The notes beneath the pieces are model-generated. The model was not told the origin of the DNA. It saw only the letters and a program-made list of their open reading frames with translations, and searched no databases. This document shows, piece after piece, positions 38,689 through 48,093 of a stretch of 55,927 nucleotides of DNA. Within the stretch, counting starts at the first letter, position 1; each line of letters opens with the position of its first letter. The position numbers and the translations under genes were made by a program. Origin of the DNA: Marivirga sp. ANT-B6 (GTDB lineage Bacteria; Bacteroidota; Bacteroidia; Cytophagales; Cyclobacteriaceae); NCBI GenBank assembly GCA_001683905.1, contig LXQK01000131.1, forward strand, positions 5,560 to 61,486, written 5' to 3'.

Positions 38689-39936
38689 TTAACGTAAAAG
38701 CCCTACGGCTACGGTTGAGTTCGTGTGCTCATCGATAAGTATGAAAGCGGCATTTGCTCTATTTTCGGCGTAGGAATCATAGAAAATTTCTTTGGCTGTT
38801 TTCAAAGTAACATCAGCAATTTCATTTAGCTTCAGCTGATTGACCACCGGTTCGGATTCCAAAGAGATGACATCGATCAGGTTGTGAATGCCTGTGACTC
38901 TGGCTCGCGAAACATTGACCCCATGTTGTAGAAGGAATATGCCGCCAGAGGCCATGGGCTCATGCGACATCCAGCAGATTGTCGCATTCATCTGCCTGGT
39001 TTGCTGCGGAAGTTGATGCACCGGCACGATCATATCGCCGCGGCTAAGGTCTACGTCATCTTCCAATATAATATTGACTGATTCACTGGCCTGAGCGGCC
39101 TCCATTTCCCGGCCAAATTTTTCAATTTTTGAAATGGTAGTTTCCTGCCTCCCTGGCAACACGACAACCTTTTCACCTTTTCGGAAGACGCCACTGACCA
39201 CTTTCCCAGCATAAGCACGGTAGTCGTGAAAAGCTTCGGACTTTGGCCTGATCACATACTGTACAGGAAACCTGGAGACCTCCTCTGAAAGGGATTCGTG
39301 CAGGGTGATTTTTTCCAACATTTGCAATAGCGCACTGCCCTTATACCAGGGCATTGAGGAGGACTTCTCAACAATATTTTCGCCCAAAAGAGACGATATA
39401 GGCACAAATTCTATTTGCTGCCCTTCAAATTTTACCTTCTCGGCAAAAGCCAAAAACTGACTCTTGATATCCTCGAAATGTTGCTGCGAATAGCCGACAA
39501 GATCCATTTTATTGATGCAGATCATCACCTGCGGGATTCGCAGCAGACATGAAATATAAAAGTGCCGGAAAGTTTGCTCTACAACACCTTTCCTGGCATC
39601 GATGAGGATCAGCGATACGTTGGCGTTAGATGCACCTGTGACCATGTTGCGAGTATATTCGAAATGGCCGGGGGTGTCGGCAATGATAAATTTTCGTTGT
39701 GGCGTGGAAAAGTAGATATGTGCGACATCGATGGTGATGCCCTGCTCGCGTTCGGCAATCAGCCCATCGGTAAGCAATGAAAGATCGACATAACCGAGTC
39801 CCTTTTTTTTGCTGGCAGCCATAATGGCCTCGAGCTTGTCGTCGGTGATCGAGTTTGTGTCGAAAAGCAACCTGCCAATCAATGTACTTTTGCCATCGTC
39901 GACGCTACCTGCGGTAGCAATATTTAATACTTCCAT
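38689..39936 (-). CDS. cysN: Sulfate adenylyltransferase subunit 1 (GTPase), without an APS-kinase domain
   Basis: G1 motif ATAGSVDDGKST, then DTPGH and NKMD. At 415 aa it has no C-terminal CysC module. Confidence 0.9.
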   Translation of the reverse strand: MEVLNIATAGSVDDGKSTLIGRLLFDTNSITDDKLEAIMAASKKKGLGYVDLSLLTDGLIAEREQGITIDVAHIYFSTPQRKFIIADTPGHFEYTRNMVTGASNANVSLILIDARKGVVEQTFRHFYISCLLRIPQVMICINKMDLVGYSQQHFEDIKSQFLAFAEKVKFEGQQIEFVPISSLLGENIVEKSSSMPWYKGSALLQMLEKITLHESLSEEVSRFPVQYVIRPKSEAFHDYRAYAGKVVSGVFRKGEKVVVLPGRQETTISKIEKFGREMEAAQASESVNIILEDDVDLSRGDMIVPVHQLPQQTRQMNATICWMSHEPMASGGIFLLQHGVNVSRARVTGIHNLIDVISLESEPVVNQLKLNEIADVTLKTAKEIFYDSYAENRANAAFILIDEHTNSTVAVGLLR

Positions 39937-39939
39937 GGG

Positions 39940-40845
39940 CTAAAAATATCCTGATTGTTTTCGTTTTTCCATAGCGGCTTCTGAGCGTTTATCGTCTATT
40001 CTCGCGCCTCTTTCCGAGACAGTAGCCAATAGGATTTCCTGGATGATATGATCTATTTGATTGGCTGAAGACTCTACCGCGGCAGTACAAGTCATGTCGC
40101 CTACAGTTCTAAAACGAACCTGCCTTTTTTCCACAACTTCATTGTCGGTAACATTTACAAAAGAAGAGTATGGTAAAATCTGGCCGTCGCGCACGAAGGT
40201 GTCTCTTTCATGGGCATAATAAATGGATGGAATGGCTAGCTCATCTTCCTTGATATAATTCCATACGTCCAGCTCTGTCCAGTTGCTGATAGGAAATACC
40301 CGCACATTCTCGCCAAGGCTGATGCGGCCATTCAACATATCAAAAAGTTCTGGCCTTTGTTTTTTGGCATCCCATTGTCCAAAATCATTGCGCACAGAAA
40401 ATATTCTCTCCTTAGCTCTGGCCTTTTCTTCATCCCTCCTGGCACCACCAATACATGCATCAAATTTAAACTCTTCAATAGCGTCTAGTAAGGTGACGGT
40501 TTGCAGCACATTTCTGCTGGCATATTTACCTGTTTCTTCTACTGCCTTTTTCTGATCGATGCTGTCTTGCACATAACGTACAATCAGTTCAAGGTCAAAT
40601 TTTTCTACCAGTTCATCCCTAAACCGGATGGTTTCGTCGAAGTTGTGGCCTGTATCGATATGCAACAAAGGAAACGGGATTTTAGCTGGATAAAATGCCT
40701 TTATCGCCAAACGCACAAGCGTGATGGAATCTTTACCTCCCGAAAATAATAAAACCGGCTTTTCGAATTGTGCCGCTACTTCACGGAAGATATAAATGGC
40801 TTCATCTTCCAGTTCTCTGGGAAAGAGGGATGAATTTTCAACCAT
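39940..40845 (-). CDS. cysD: Sulfate adenylyltransferase subunit 2
   Basis: PAPS-reductase/ATP-PPase fold with LLFSGGKDS and LLHIDTGHNF. The start is taken at MVENSS (40845), 7 nt after the cysH stop. The longer ORF-track form would overlap cysH by 83 nt. Confidence 0.85.
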   Translation of the reverse strand: MVENSSLFPRELEDEAIYIFREVAAQFEKPVLLFSGGKDSITLVRLAIKAFYPAKIPFPLLHIDTGHNFDETIRFRDELVEKFDLELIVRYVQDSIDQKKAVEETGKYASRNVLQTVTLLDAIEEFKFDACIGGARRDEEKARAKERIFSVRNDFGQWDAKKQRPELFDMLNGRISLGENVRVFPISNWTELDVWNYIKEDELAIPSIYYAHERDTFVRDGQILPYSSFVNVTDNEVVEKRQVRFRTVGDMTCTAAVESSANQIDHIIQEILLATVSERGARIDDKRSEAAMEKRKQSGYF

Positions 40846-40852
40846 AAGTTCT

Positions 40853-41569
40853 TTATTTATTAAAATAGTTTGCATGTAGTCCGCATTCTTTTTGTGTTTG
40901 TTCCCACCACCACCTACCGGCTCTGGCTTCTTCACCAGGCGCTATTGCCCTGGTACAAGGTGCACACCCAATGCTGATGAAACCGCTTTGGTGTAATTTA
41001 TTGCTAGGAATATGGTATAATGCCAAATAGGCCAGCATGTCTTCGTATGACCAACCGATGATCGGATTAAATTTAATTATTTGGAACGCCTCGTCCCACT
41101 CAAGCAAAGAAATATTGCTTCGGTTATCACTTTGTGCTGCGCGCAACCCCGTAATCCAGACACTGGCACCGGCCAAAGCTCGCTTTAATGGCTGTACTTT
41201 CCGGATGTTACAGCACAACTTCCGGTTTTCTACGCTCTCATAGAAGCTATTGATGCCATGGCTATCGACAAAATCCTCTATTTGTGTGGCATCAGGATAA
41301 TAAGCTTTTATTTTGGCCTGATATAGTTGTTCCGTTTCTTCCCACAGCGCATAGGTCTCATGGAATAATCTTCCGGTATCGAGAGAAAAAACCTGTACAG
41401 GCAATTGATTCTTGAAGATTGCATGTGCAATTACCTGGTCCTCCTGACCAAGAGCGGACGAAAATACAGCCCTTCCTGCAAACCGCTGACCCATCAAGAG
41501 CAGCGATGCTTCCAGACTTAAGTCCTGAATCTCTTCAAGAAGTGACGGTATCTGGTCTTTGATATTCAT
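40853..41569 (-). CDS. cysH: Assimilatory adenylyl-sulfate (APS)/PAPS reductase, Fe-S-type (CC...CxxC class)
   Basis: It contains KLCCNIRKV, GCAPCTR and C-terminal KECGLH. The CC plus CxxC motifs are characteristic of [4Fe-4S] APS reductases. Confidence 0.85.
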   Translation of the reverse strand: MNIKDQIPSLLEEIQDLSLEASLLLMGQRFAGRAVFSSALGQEDQVIAHAIFKNQLPVQVFSLDTGRLFHETYALWEETEQLYQAKIKAYYPDATQIEDFVDSHGINSFYESVENRKLCCNIRKVQPLKRALAGASVWITGLRAAQSDNRSNISLLEWDEAFQIIKFNPIIGWSYEDMLAYLALYHIPSNKLHQSGFISIGCAPCTRAIAPGEEARAGRWWWEQTQKECGLHANYFNK

Positions 41570-41855
41570 TGATTGGCTTTTTTACCGTAAATTTTTCCCA
41601 CGCTCGCTCATGGAAATAATAGAGCAGGATCTTACTAAATACCTCTATAGAACCAATAGAAATGGCCATTTTAAGCTCTCCTGTTATAAAATATGATATT
41701 ACAATCGTATCGATTGTTCCCAACACCCTCCACGAAATAGCTTTCCCTAAACTCTTAAATTTAGAATCACCTCCTTGACTTTTAGAGGAGGATAACTTTT
41801 TCAAATATGGATCCAGAAACATACTTTTGAAATCTTGAAAGGTAAAAGTACACAT
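41535..41855 (-). CDS. DUF2061-family small membrane protein
   Basis: SWRVLGTIDTIVISYFITGE...IGSIEVFSKILLYYFHERAWE matches the DUF2061 pattern. An alternative ATG lies at 41822. The 3' end overlaps the cysH start by 35 nt. Confidence 0.65.
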   Translation of the reverse strand: MCTFTFQDFKSMFLDPYLKKLSSSKSQGGDSKFKSLGKAISWRVLGTIDTIVISYFITGELKMAISIGSIEVFSKILLYYFHERAWEKFTVKKPINEYQRPDTVTS

Positions 41856-42143
41856 TCTCTACAAATTTTATAGACTATCTTCCATTTTTTTTGATTTCAG
41901 TTAATATTTTTTAGAAGATATTGGTACATGGCCTGGCAAAAAGCCTCAGAAAATGTTTTAGAAGGTATATTGACGCTTAAATCGGAGTGTGAATAGAGCC
42001 ATTTAACTGGCGAGCCGCGCCTCTTGATGGCTTAGTAGAAATGACAGACACATCTTGAAGTCCCTGTTTGTAGCCATTAAATTTGATGTTAAAAAAAATC
42101 CACACCTCAATGGCATGGATCAATAAGTGCGGGAAACGGCCGC

Positions 42144-42566
42144 TTATGACAAAGGTTTTTTAATGATATCAAACAAGGTTTTATGCTCCACTATTTCGAG
42201 GGTCTGATCCCGGACCTGGCACATGATTATGTGTAGACCACAAGTCGTTTCGTCTTCACAATCCGCACATTTTTCATAGTAGTGTAAACTAACGCAAGGA
42301 AGCCAGGCGATAGGACCGTCTAATAAACGTATGATCTTAGCCAAAGTGATTTCCTGGGCTGGTTTGATAAGATAGTAGCCGCCTCCCTTTCCTTTTTTAC
42401 TTCCGAGAATCCCAGCTTTCCGCAATTCCAGCAGTATATTTTCCAAAAACTTTTGAGAAATCTGTTTACGTTGTGCTATTTCCTGGATTAAGATAGCGCC
42501 TTTTTCTTCATTTTCGGCAAGATATGTCAATGCATGAAATGCATACCGGGTTTTTTTCGATAACAT
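42144..42566 (-). CDS. Rrf2-family transcriptional regulator (CymR/IscR-like)
   Basis: MLSKKTRYAFHALTYLA...ISQKFLENILLELRKAGILGSKKGKGGGY is the Rrf2 wHTH. A C-terminal Cys cluster, CVSLHYYEKCADCEDETTC, is a possible Fe-S ligand set. Confidence 0.85.
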   Translation of the reverse strand: MLSKKTRYAFHALTYLAENEEKGAILIQEIAQRKQISQKFLENILLELRKAGILGSKKGKGGGYYLIKPAQEITLAKIIRLLDGPIAWLPCVSLHYYEKCADCEDETTCGLHIIMCQVRDQTLEIVEHKTLFDIIKKPLS

Positions 42567-42586
42567 AGCTGTAAATTACAGGAATT

Positions 42587-42610
42587 TTTATAATTTCTAT
42601 CAATTATAAA
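42587..42610. promoter_or_regulatory. Perfect 9-6-9 palindrome TTTATAATT-TCTATC-AATTATAAA, 21-44 bp upstream of the Rrf2 start
   Basis: Read directly. It is a candidate autoregulatory operator. Confidence 0.4.
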
Positions 42611-42791
42611 ATCATCCCTCTTCAACTGTCGTAGATTTCTTTGTTTTATGTGAAATAATACCTTCTTAACCGATTATTGAAAAGAAAAATTCATACGATA
42701 TAACCCGAGCATGTACAATTGCAGCTATTTATCTTTTGCAATGGAAATTGCAATTTTTTTCCTGGTATTCGAAATAAAGGTTGCAGGCCTT

Positions 42792-44738
42792 TTATTGCAA
42801 GGAATTAATCCAGGCGGCAATTTTTAAGGCTTCATCTTTTGGTACCTGAGGCATGGGTGGCATGGGTGTAGCATACTCCGGCCAATTTTGTGGTTGTGGA
42901 TTGTAAATCAACTCTACAATTTTTTCATTGGAATATTTCCGTTTCGCAACATCAACATACGAAGGGCCCACCTGCCGCTTATCCACCTGGTGGCATGCCA
43001 GGCAGGTATTGCTGGCGAGCAGCGGCTGAATTTCAGCATAAGTAGGTGCTTTTTTCTTTTTTTCTACCGTTGTCACGACTACCTTTTTGGTTTCGTCAGA
43101 TTTTCTTACCGGTGCCTTAGCTGAGACTATCCTGGTACTGTACTCCTTCTCGGAGAGTTTGACACCTTCGGGGATGTTATTGAGGGTGTAATATGCCGCA
43201 GGATGTAAAACAGGAAGCCCACTTCCCTGCGCTCTGATCCCCGGTGTATTGATTTCATGTAGATAATACTGGCGAAGATTATCCACGACTAGCCTGACCT
43301 TTGTTCCGTCTTCCGAAACTTTTATGCCTTTAATTTTAAGCTTTTCCTCGTTGACCGTTGGACTGCCATATACAGCATTATACTTATAAATAAAACTACG
43401 CCCTGAATAGGCGTTAAGATTCTCGGCAGTTTGCTTCTCTACGGGTAAGGTGAATTCAATTTCGAACCCGTCAGGCATGGCGCGTACAGTTTTCATCTCC
43501 ATAGGTACTTTGCCCGTCCATACAAGTCTTTCCAGGCCGGAGGTTTTGGTGCCTGCCGAACCCCATCCTCTATTTGTCTCGCCCACAAATAGCGAACCGT
43601 CGTGGCCCCAGTCCATTCTTAGCACACCGGACTGAAAATCCTGCTTAAAGTCAAAAGCAACACCTTGAAATTCTCCATTTACCTTCTCCAATACCACACG
43701 CATGATCTTACTTTGCCCCTGGTCACCAACAAAAAGTTGTCCTGCAAAGGGACCAAATTTACCTCCTGTTTCATCGATTAATATCTCTGAATTGGAAATT
43801 CCTAAAATGCCATGAGGTAGCCAAACCGCTGGCAACTGTAACTCAGGAAATTTCTCTTTTACCTGATATAAAAATTGAGGATCTTTTTCATTCTGAATGT
43901 TTTCTGGTTTGACGAATCGGCCATTTTCTTTTACCTGGCGCTTGTCCACACTTGCATAAAAAGCATTATCATCGAAAGGAATGGGGGAGTCCGCTTCATT
44001 GGCCCATCGTAATCCCGCCGGGTGGCCTGTAAAGCTGCCCTTTTTCAGGTGCCAAACCCCACCGGAACCCATCCAGTCACCCTGGTTATCAGTATAAAAT
44101 AGTTCACCATCTATCATGCCCAGACCTGCCGGAGAGCGCATGCCTGTTGCCCAAGGTTCCATTTTACCATCAGGTTGGATGTGCATCGTCCACCCTCTCC
44201 ATGGCACGCGGCTTTCACCACGCCACCATTCCTGAGCACCAAATGCCACATTGGCGGTTACAAACATGCTGCCGTCAGGGGCGAACTTGGGGCCAAAAGA
44301 ATATTCATGGTAATGCCCAGACAAGGGCCAGGCATAGACGGTTTCATATAAATCTGCTTTCCCATCGCCATCATTATCCACCAACCGGGTTAACTCTCCC
44401 CGCTGCGCCACATACAATGCATTATTCTTATAGGCCAATCCCAACGCCTCATGTAGCCCGGAAGCAAAGAGCACAAATCGGGGGGAAGCGCCATGATACA
44501 TATAAGGATTTTCTATGGTCCAGACTTCGCCTCTTCTTGTAGATACCGCGATGCGGCCATCGGGTAAAGTAGCGACGCCGCCAATCTCAAGCAACATATT
44601 TTCCGGCACAGGCAACGTAATGATTTTATAATAGTCACTTTCGGTAGGTGCTGCATCATTTTTCTGCGCGTTAACTGTATGTAAACCTACAATTGCTACC
44701 AAACATGTTATGAACCATTTTCTAATTGAATATTGCAT
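42792..44738 (-). CDS. Secreted beta-propeller dehydrogenase-like protein with a C-terminal class I cytochrome c domain
   Basis: Signal peptide ...LHTVNAQ, then DNDGDGKADLYE and propeller-like repeats. The C-terminus has CLACHQ (CxxCH), GPS and a MPPMP Met ligand region. Confidence 0.75.
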   Translation of the reverse strand: MQYSIRKWFITCLVAIVGLHTVNAQKNDAAPTESDYYKIITLPVPENMLLEIGGVATLPDGRIAVSTRRGEVWTIENPYMYHGASPRFVLFASGLHEALGLAYKNNALYVAQRGELTRLVDNDGDGKADLYETVYAWPLSGHYHEYSFGPKFAPDGSMFVTANVAFGAQEWWRGESRVPWRGWTMHIQPDGKMEPWATGMRSPAGLGMIDGELFYTDNQGDWMGSGGVWHLKKGSFTGHPAGLRWANEADSPIPFDDNAFYASVDKRQVKENGRFVKPENIQNEKDPQFLYQVKEKFPELQLPAVWLPHGILGISNSEILIDETGGKFGPFAGQLFVGDQGQSKIMRVVLEKVNGEFQGVAFDFKQDFQSGVLRMDWGHDGSLFVGETNRGWGSAGTKTSGLERLVWTGKVPMEMKTVRAMPDGFEIEFTLPVEKQTAENLNAYSGRSFIYKYNAVYGSPTVNEEKLKIKGIKVSEDGTKVRLVVDNLRQYYLHEINTPGIRAQGSGLPVLHPAAYYTLNNIPEGVKLSEKEYSTRIVSAKAPVRKSDETKKVVVTTVEKKKKAPTYAEIQPLLASNTCLACHQVDKRQVGPSYVDVAKRKYSNEKIVELIYNPQPQNWPEYATPMPPMPQVPKDEALKIAAWINSLQ

Positions 44739-44749
44739 ATTTTAAAGAA

Positions 44750-46660
44750 TTACCAGATGATAGAATATTTTAAAGGCTCGCCATTGATGGCTGACACTAG
44801 TTCTTTTTGACCGTTCACCTCACGAATAAGGGGTTTCGACGCTGAAAGTAGCTGGATATAATAGGCGTTGTCGCCGATAATATACCTACCCCCTGCCATG
44901 GCCTGAATATCTTTTGCTTCGGCGATTTTGAAAGATAAATTCGGCTGCGCCTCCGCGCCTTTCACGTGAACTTCGCGGGTGACAGTATTATTTTTTTCAT
45001 CAGGATATACCTTATCTTCGACTTCCATGCCATGAAAGAGGTATTTAAAGGTCGGTTTTCCCGTTGCATCTATTATATAGCCCTTACTGCGAAAATTCTT
45101 ATCGGATGCTTTTTCAGGGAATGGTGTGTTGGCCTCATTGAGAACCGCCATGGGTGGTGAATATGTGAGGTATTGCACCATACCCATAGGCTTAAAAGAA
45201 CCATCACCCCTATCGTGCCACATTGGTGTGGCATCAACGAAATCGCCTTTCCAAACCGCTACCAGGTTTCCTGCCTGCACATCATAAATATAATGCACGC
45301 CACCCGGATCGCCTACACCGATTGTGTGGGTAAGCCTTTTACCCCTGTTGCCTTCATAATCCAAAAAAGCACGTAATAAAGTTGGCCTATTACCAACCTT
45401 GACGTAGATCGGTGGAACGACATCGCCGTCAGGTGGAAAGGAATTAAAGGCGTGTAGCGCTGTAGGGAATGAGTTGATATCAAAAAAACCGAGGCGTGGA
45501 GATAACCAACTTACATTTTTTATATAAGCGATCTCTAGTGGATAGGTTCCTTCTGCCAGTGTGACAGATCCCTTCACTGAACCGCCCCGCTGGTTCGGTT
45601 GCTGGGCATCGATAATTGTTTTCCCATCAATAATCAGCCGAACGCCGCCATTATAATCCAGGCGGAACTGGTATGTGCCATCTGCGGGTATAGTGACATT
45701 TCCTGTATAAATAACTCCAAATGCATCATCTACCCCAGCAACTTCATAAGTTAGTTCTGGTATTTTTCCTGTAGATGTTGGTTTGGATGTTTCAAAATCT
45801 TTTATTTGATCAAATTTACCTTCGAAAGTTTTATAGTTAAGTTCACTTAATGGAATTTTAACGTCATTTAAAATGGTATACCTGATATGTCTAAGCGCTA
45901 CTGGGCCATGATCGCCTTGTATCATCAGCGGCCCCATCGCCGTTTCAGTTTTATTTATCGGACCACCAGTGGGTAGCGGCACTTCCACGTTGTCATGTAT
46001 CTTTACACCATTTAACTCCACAGATACAAATTTTGCGTTGGAAACCTTTTCCCCGCGATCGTTGAAACGAGGAGCCTGAAAAGCAATTTTCATATGCTGC
46101 CATAATCCCGGCGCCTTGGCAGCATTGGCCAGAGGTGCCTTTCCCATATAGCTTTTTCCCTCCTCCCGCTCCCAGTTTCTATAGATTCCACCCATATCTG
46201 AAAATTTAGCATTTTTAACATCCCAGCTGTCCATTAACTGCACTTCATATCGGCCTTGTAGATAAACTCCAGAATTAGATCCCTTGGGGAGCATGACATC
46301 GAAAGAAAGCTCCATGTCGCCGTGCTCCCATTTGGTGATCAGCGGATCCTTTTTGGTATCGTCATTCATATTCAATAAAATACCTGTGCCTGGCTGATAG
46401 GCAACCGCTTGTGGGGGAACCGGGGCATTGCGCTTTTTCCGTCTCTTAGATTCGGGTCGGGGTGCTTTTTCAGGGTGTACGTCAATGGTTGGGTCCATGG
46501 CTACATCACCGACAATAAACCAATTTCCAGCCTGGTCTTTAAAGGAGGACATATCATCCAGTGAAAGGGTTTGCCCGGAACCCTGCTGGGCATGCGTTGC
46601 TGAAAACGAGAAAGCCAGCAGTGCCAAACAAGAAAAAAATAACTTCGGTATACTCATCAT
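44750..46660 (-). CDS. Secreted DUF1080 (3-keto-disaccharide hydrolase-like jelly-roll) plus PA14 domain protein
   Basis: Signal peptide ...SFSATHAQ. The N-terminal region up to IQGDHGPVALRHIRY is typical of DUF1080. The central TYQFRLDYNGGVRLIIDGKTII is PA14-like. Confidence 0.65.
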   Translation of the reverse strand: MMSIPKLFFSCLALLAFSFSATHAQQGSGQTLSLDDMSSFKDQAGNWFIVGDVAMDPTIDVHPEKAPRPESKRRKKRNAPVPPQAVAYQPGTGILLNMNDDTKKDPLITKWEHGDMELSFDVMLPKGSNSGVYLQGRYEVQLMDSWDVKNAKFSDMGGIYRNWEREEGKSYMGKAPLANAAKAPGLWQHMKIAFQAPRFNDRGEKVSNAKFVSVELNGVKIHDNVEVPLPTGGPINKTETAMGPLMIQGDHGPVALRHIRYTILNDVKIPLSELNYKTFEGKFDQIKDFETSKPTSTGKIPELTYEVAGVDDAFGVIYTGNVTIPADGTYQFRLDYNGGVRLIIDGKTIIDAQQPNQRGGSVKGSVTLAEGTYPLEIAYIKNVSWLSPRLGFFDINSFPTALHAFNSFPPDGDVVPPIYVKVGNRPTLLRAFLDYEGNRGKRLTHTIGVGDPGGVHYIYDVQAGNLVAVWKGDFVDATPMWHDRGDGSFKPMGMVQYLTYSPPMAVLNEANTPFPEKASDKNFRSKGYIIDATGKPTFKYLFHGMEVEDKVYPDEKNNTVTREVHVKGAEAQPNLSFKIAEAKDIQAMAGGRYIIGDNAYYIQLLSASKPLIREVNGQKELVSAINGEPLKYSIIW

Positions 46661-47049
46661 TGATTGTGATATTAGGGTAAAAGTGAATGCGGCTTTTAAG
46701 CTAAAGAAAAATTATGACGTAGCAAATAAAAGAAACGTAAAAATATTTTTTTTCAAGTAGAAAAGCCGGTAAAAAACCGAGAAAGAGGATCGTAAAATCA
46801 GGCTTAGAAAGGACAGAAAGGTAACCCTGATAAAAGGCTAAAGCCACTCCTGTTTTGAACAGTGAGTGGCTTTAATGTTTCAACCAGCTATGGTTTGAAA
46901 TGCAATATTAAGGTAAGAAATTTTTTTGAGCATGTCAAGAGAATTCTATAAAACTTCTTGGTTAGCAGAAGATTATAGTAAAAAAACCATATCTCCACTT
47001 ATGTATTGAAAAAGCAAAGGCGTCAGTCATACATCGAGCTGCCGGTATA

Positions 47050-47382
47050 TTAGGCGTTTACACCTGAAAAGCTTCTACATGCCTCCTCGCAATCTCTACA
47101 AGCTTCGGCACATTGCTGACAATGGTCATGGTCATGCTGCGCACACTCTTCGGCGCACTTACCGCAAATCTCCATGCACTCATCCACCAGATGCTGGGCG
47201 TGATTAGAATTAGAAGCAATAAAGCTGGCAGTGGTATAACAAATTTTCGCGCAGTCTCTGTCTAATCTAATGCAGTTCACCATCATCTTCACATTTTCCT
47301 CATCGAGGCATGCATCGGCACACATTTCACAAGCCGCTGCACAAAGTGCTAATTTTTCAAGTATTTCACTATTTTGGTTCAT
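47050..47382 (-). CDS. Cys-rich four-helix-bundle protein (DUF326, copper-binding/storage-like)
   Basis: 110 aa with 18 Cys in repeated Cx3C/Cx2C spacings: CAAACEMCADAC, CAKIC, CMEICGKCAEEC and CQQCAEACRDCEEAC. Confidence 0.8.
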   Translation of the reverse strand: MNQNSEILEKLALCAAACEMCADACLDEENVKMMVNCIRLDRDCAKICYTTASFIASNSNHAQHLVDECMEICGKCAEECAQHDHDHCQQCAEACRDCEEACRSFSGVNA

Positions 47383-47500
47383 AATTATAGCATTTAGAGG
47401 TAAAACGTTGATTTTTAGTGGGTCATTACACTTTTATAACCGCCCTAACTTTCAATTGTTTAGTAAACGCCGGGATTCATAAGATGATTAACGTCAGGTT

Positions 47501-47924
47501 CTAGTACAATTTTAATGTTTCTAAGCGGAGGCTATTGCCCACCACAGAAACTGACCTTTAGCGCCGTGGCTGCTCCGGCAATCATCGGGTATATCTGAAA
47601 ACCTGTAAAAGGATATAAAATCTCTGAAGCGATAGGTGTTCCGCCTACATTATATATAAAGGCCCAGAAAAGATTCTGCTTGATGAATTGTAGATTGAAT
47701 TGCTTTCTTTAGATTCGTAAGCTTTACTTGATCAGGATCATACGATACCCAGGCCGTTTGATTGGCATAATTTATACCAGCCTGCTCAACGCCGCCCTGC
47801 GAAGCCATGATAGACTCTACACTGGCTGCACATGATGCGGATGTCCTGTAACAGGAAGCGTCTTCTTAATGATTTGGCTATCGTGCACACCTTTATTCGG
47901 TATAGTTGTTTCAATAGTTTCCAT
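47501..47924 (-). pseudogene. Remnant of a heavy-metal (CopA-like) P1B-type ATPase: the N-terminal HMA domain is joined to the last two TM helices, with at least 3 frame disruptions
   Basis: My minus-strand translation gives METIETT...KTLPVTGHP, then a frameshift, then [51 protein letters not shown] second frameshift leads to [42 protein letters not shown], and a third to [14 protein letters not shown]. The entire catalytic core is absent. Confidence 0.8.
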
Positions 47925-48048
47925 AAGTTCGTCATTCTTTATATAAATCTATCTGTAAAGGCACGATGAAGTTTTATATCATTTGCGATAAGGTTTATAT
48001 ATTTTTAAGATGGAGGCTATCGCGCTTTCTATGGCAGGTAAGGGGAAT

Positions 48049-48091
48049 AAAAAAGCCGAAAAACTGTAATACATACTTATTTTCGGCTTTT
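48049..48091 (-). terminator. Rho-independent terminator downstream of tRNA-Arg
   Basis: AAAAGCCGAAAA pairs with TTTTCGGCTTTT, and a T-run follows in the minus-strand sense. Confidence 0.7.
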
Positions 48092-48093
48092 AG

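Noticed and set aside
41856-42143. Possible SAM or other sulfur-metabolite riboswitch in the 288-bp leader of DUF2061-cysH.
   Set aside because: CCATCAAGAGGCGCGG superficially resembles the start of a SAM-I element, but the GAGGGA/GCCC core and the terminator are missing. No convincing fold was seen by eye.
42740-42770. TTGCAAT-GGAA-ATTGCAA hairpin followed by T7, downstream of the cytochrome-c dehydrogenase-like gene.
   Set aside because: The T-tract is on the plus strand, while both neighbouring genes are on the minus strand. In the relevant orientation the hairpin is followed by AAGATAAA, so I do not call it a terminator.
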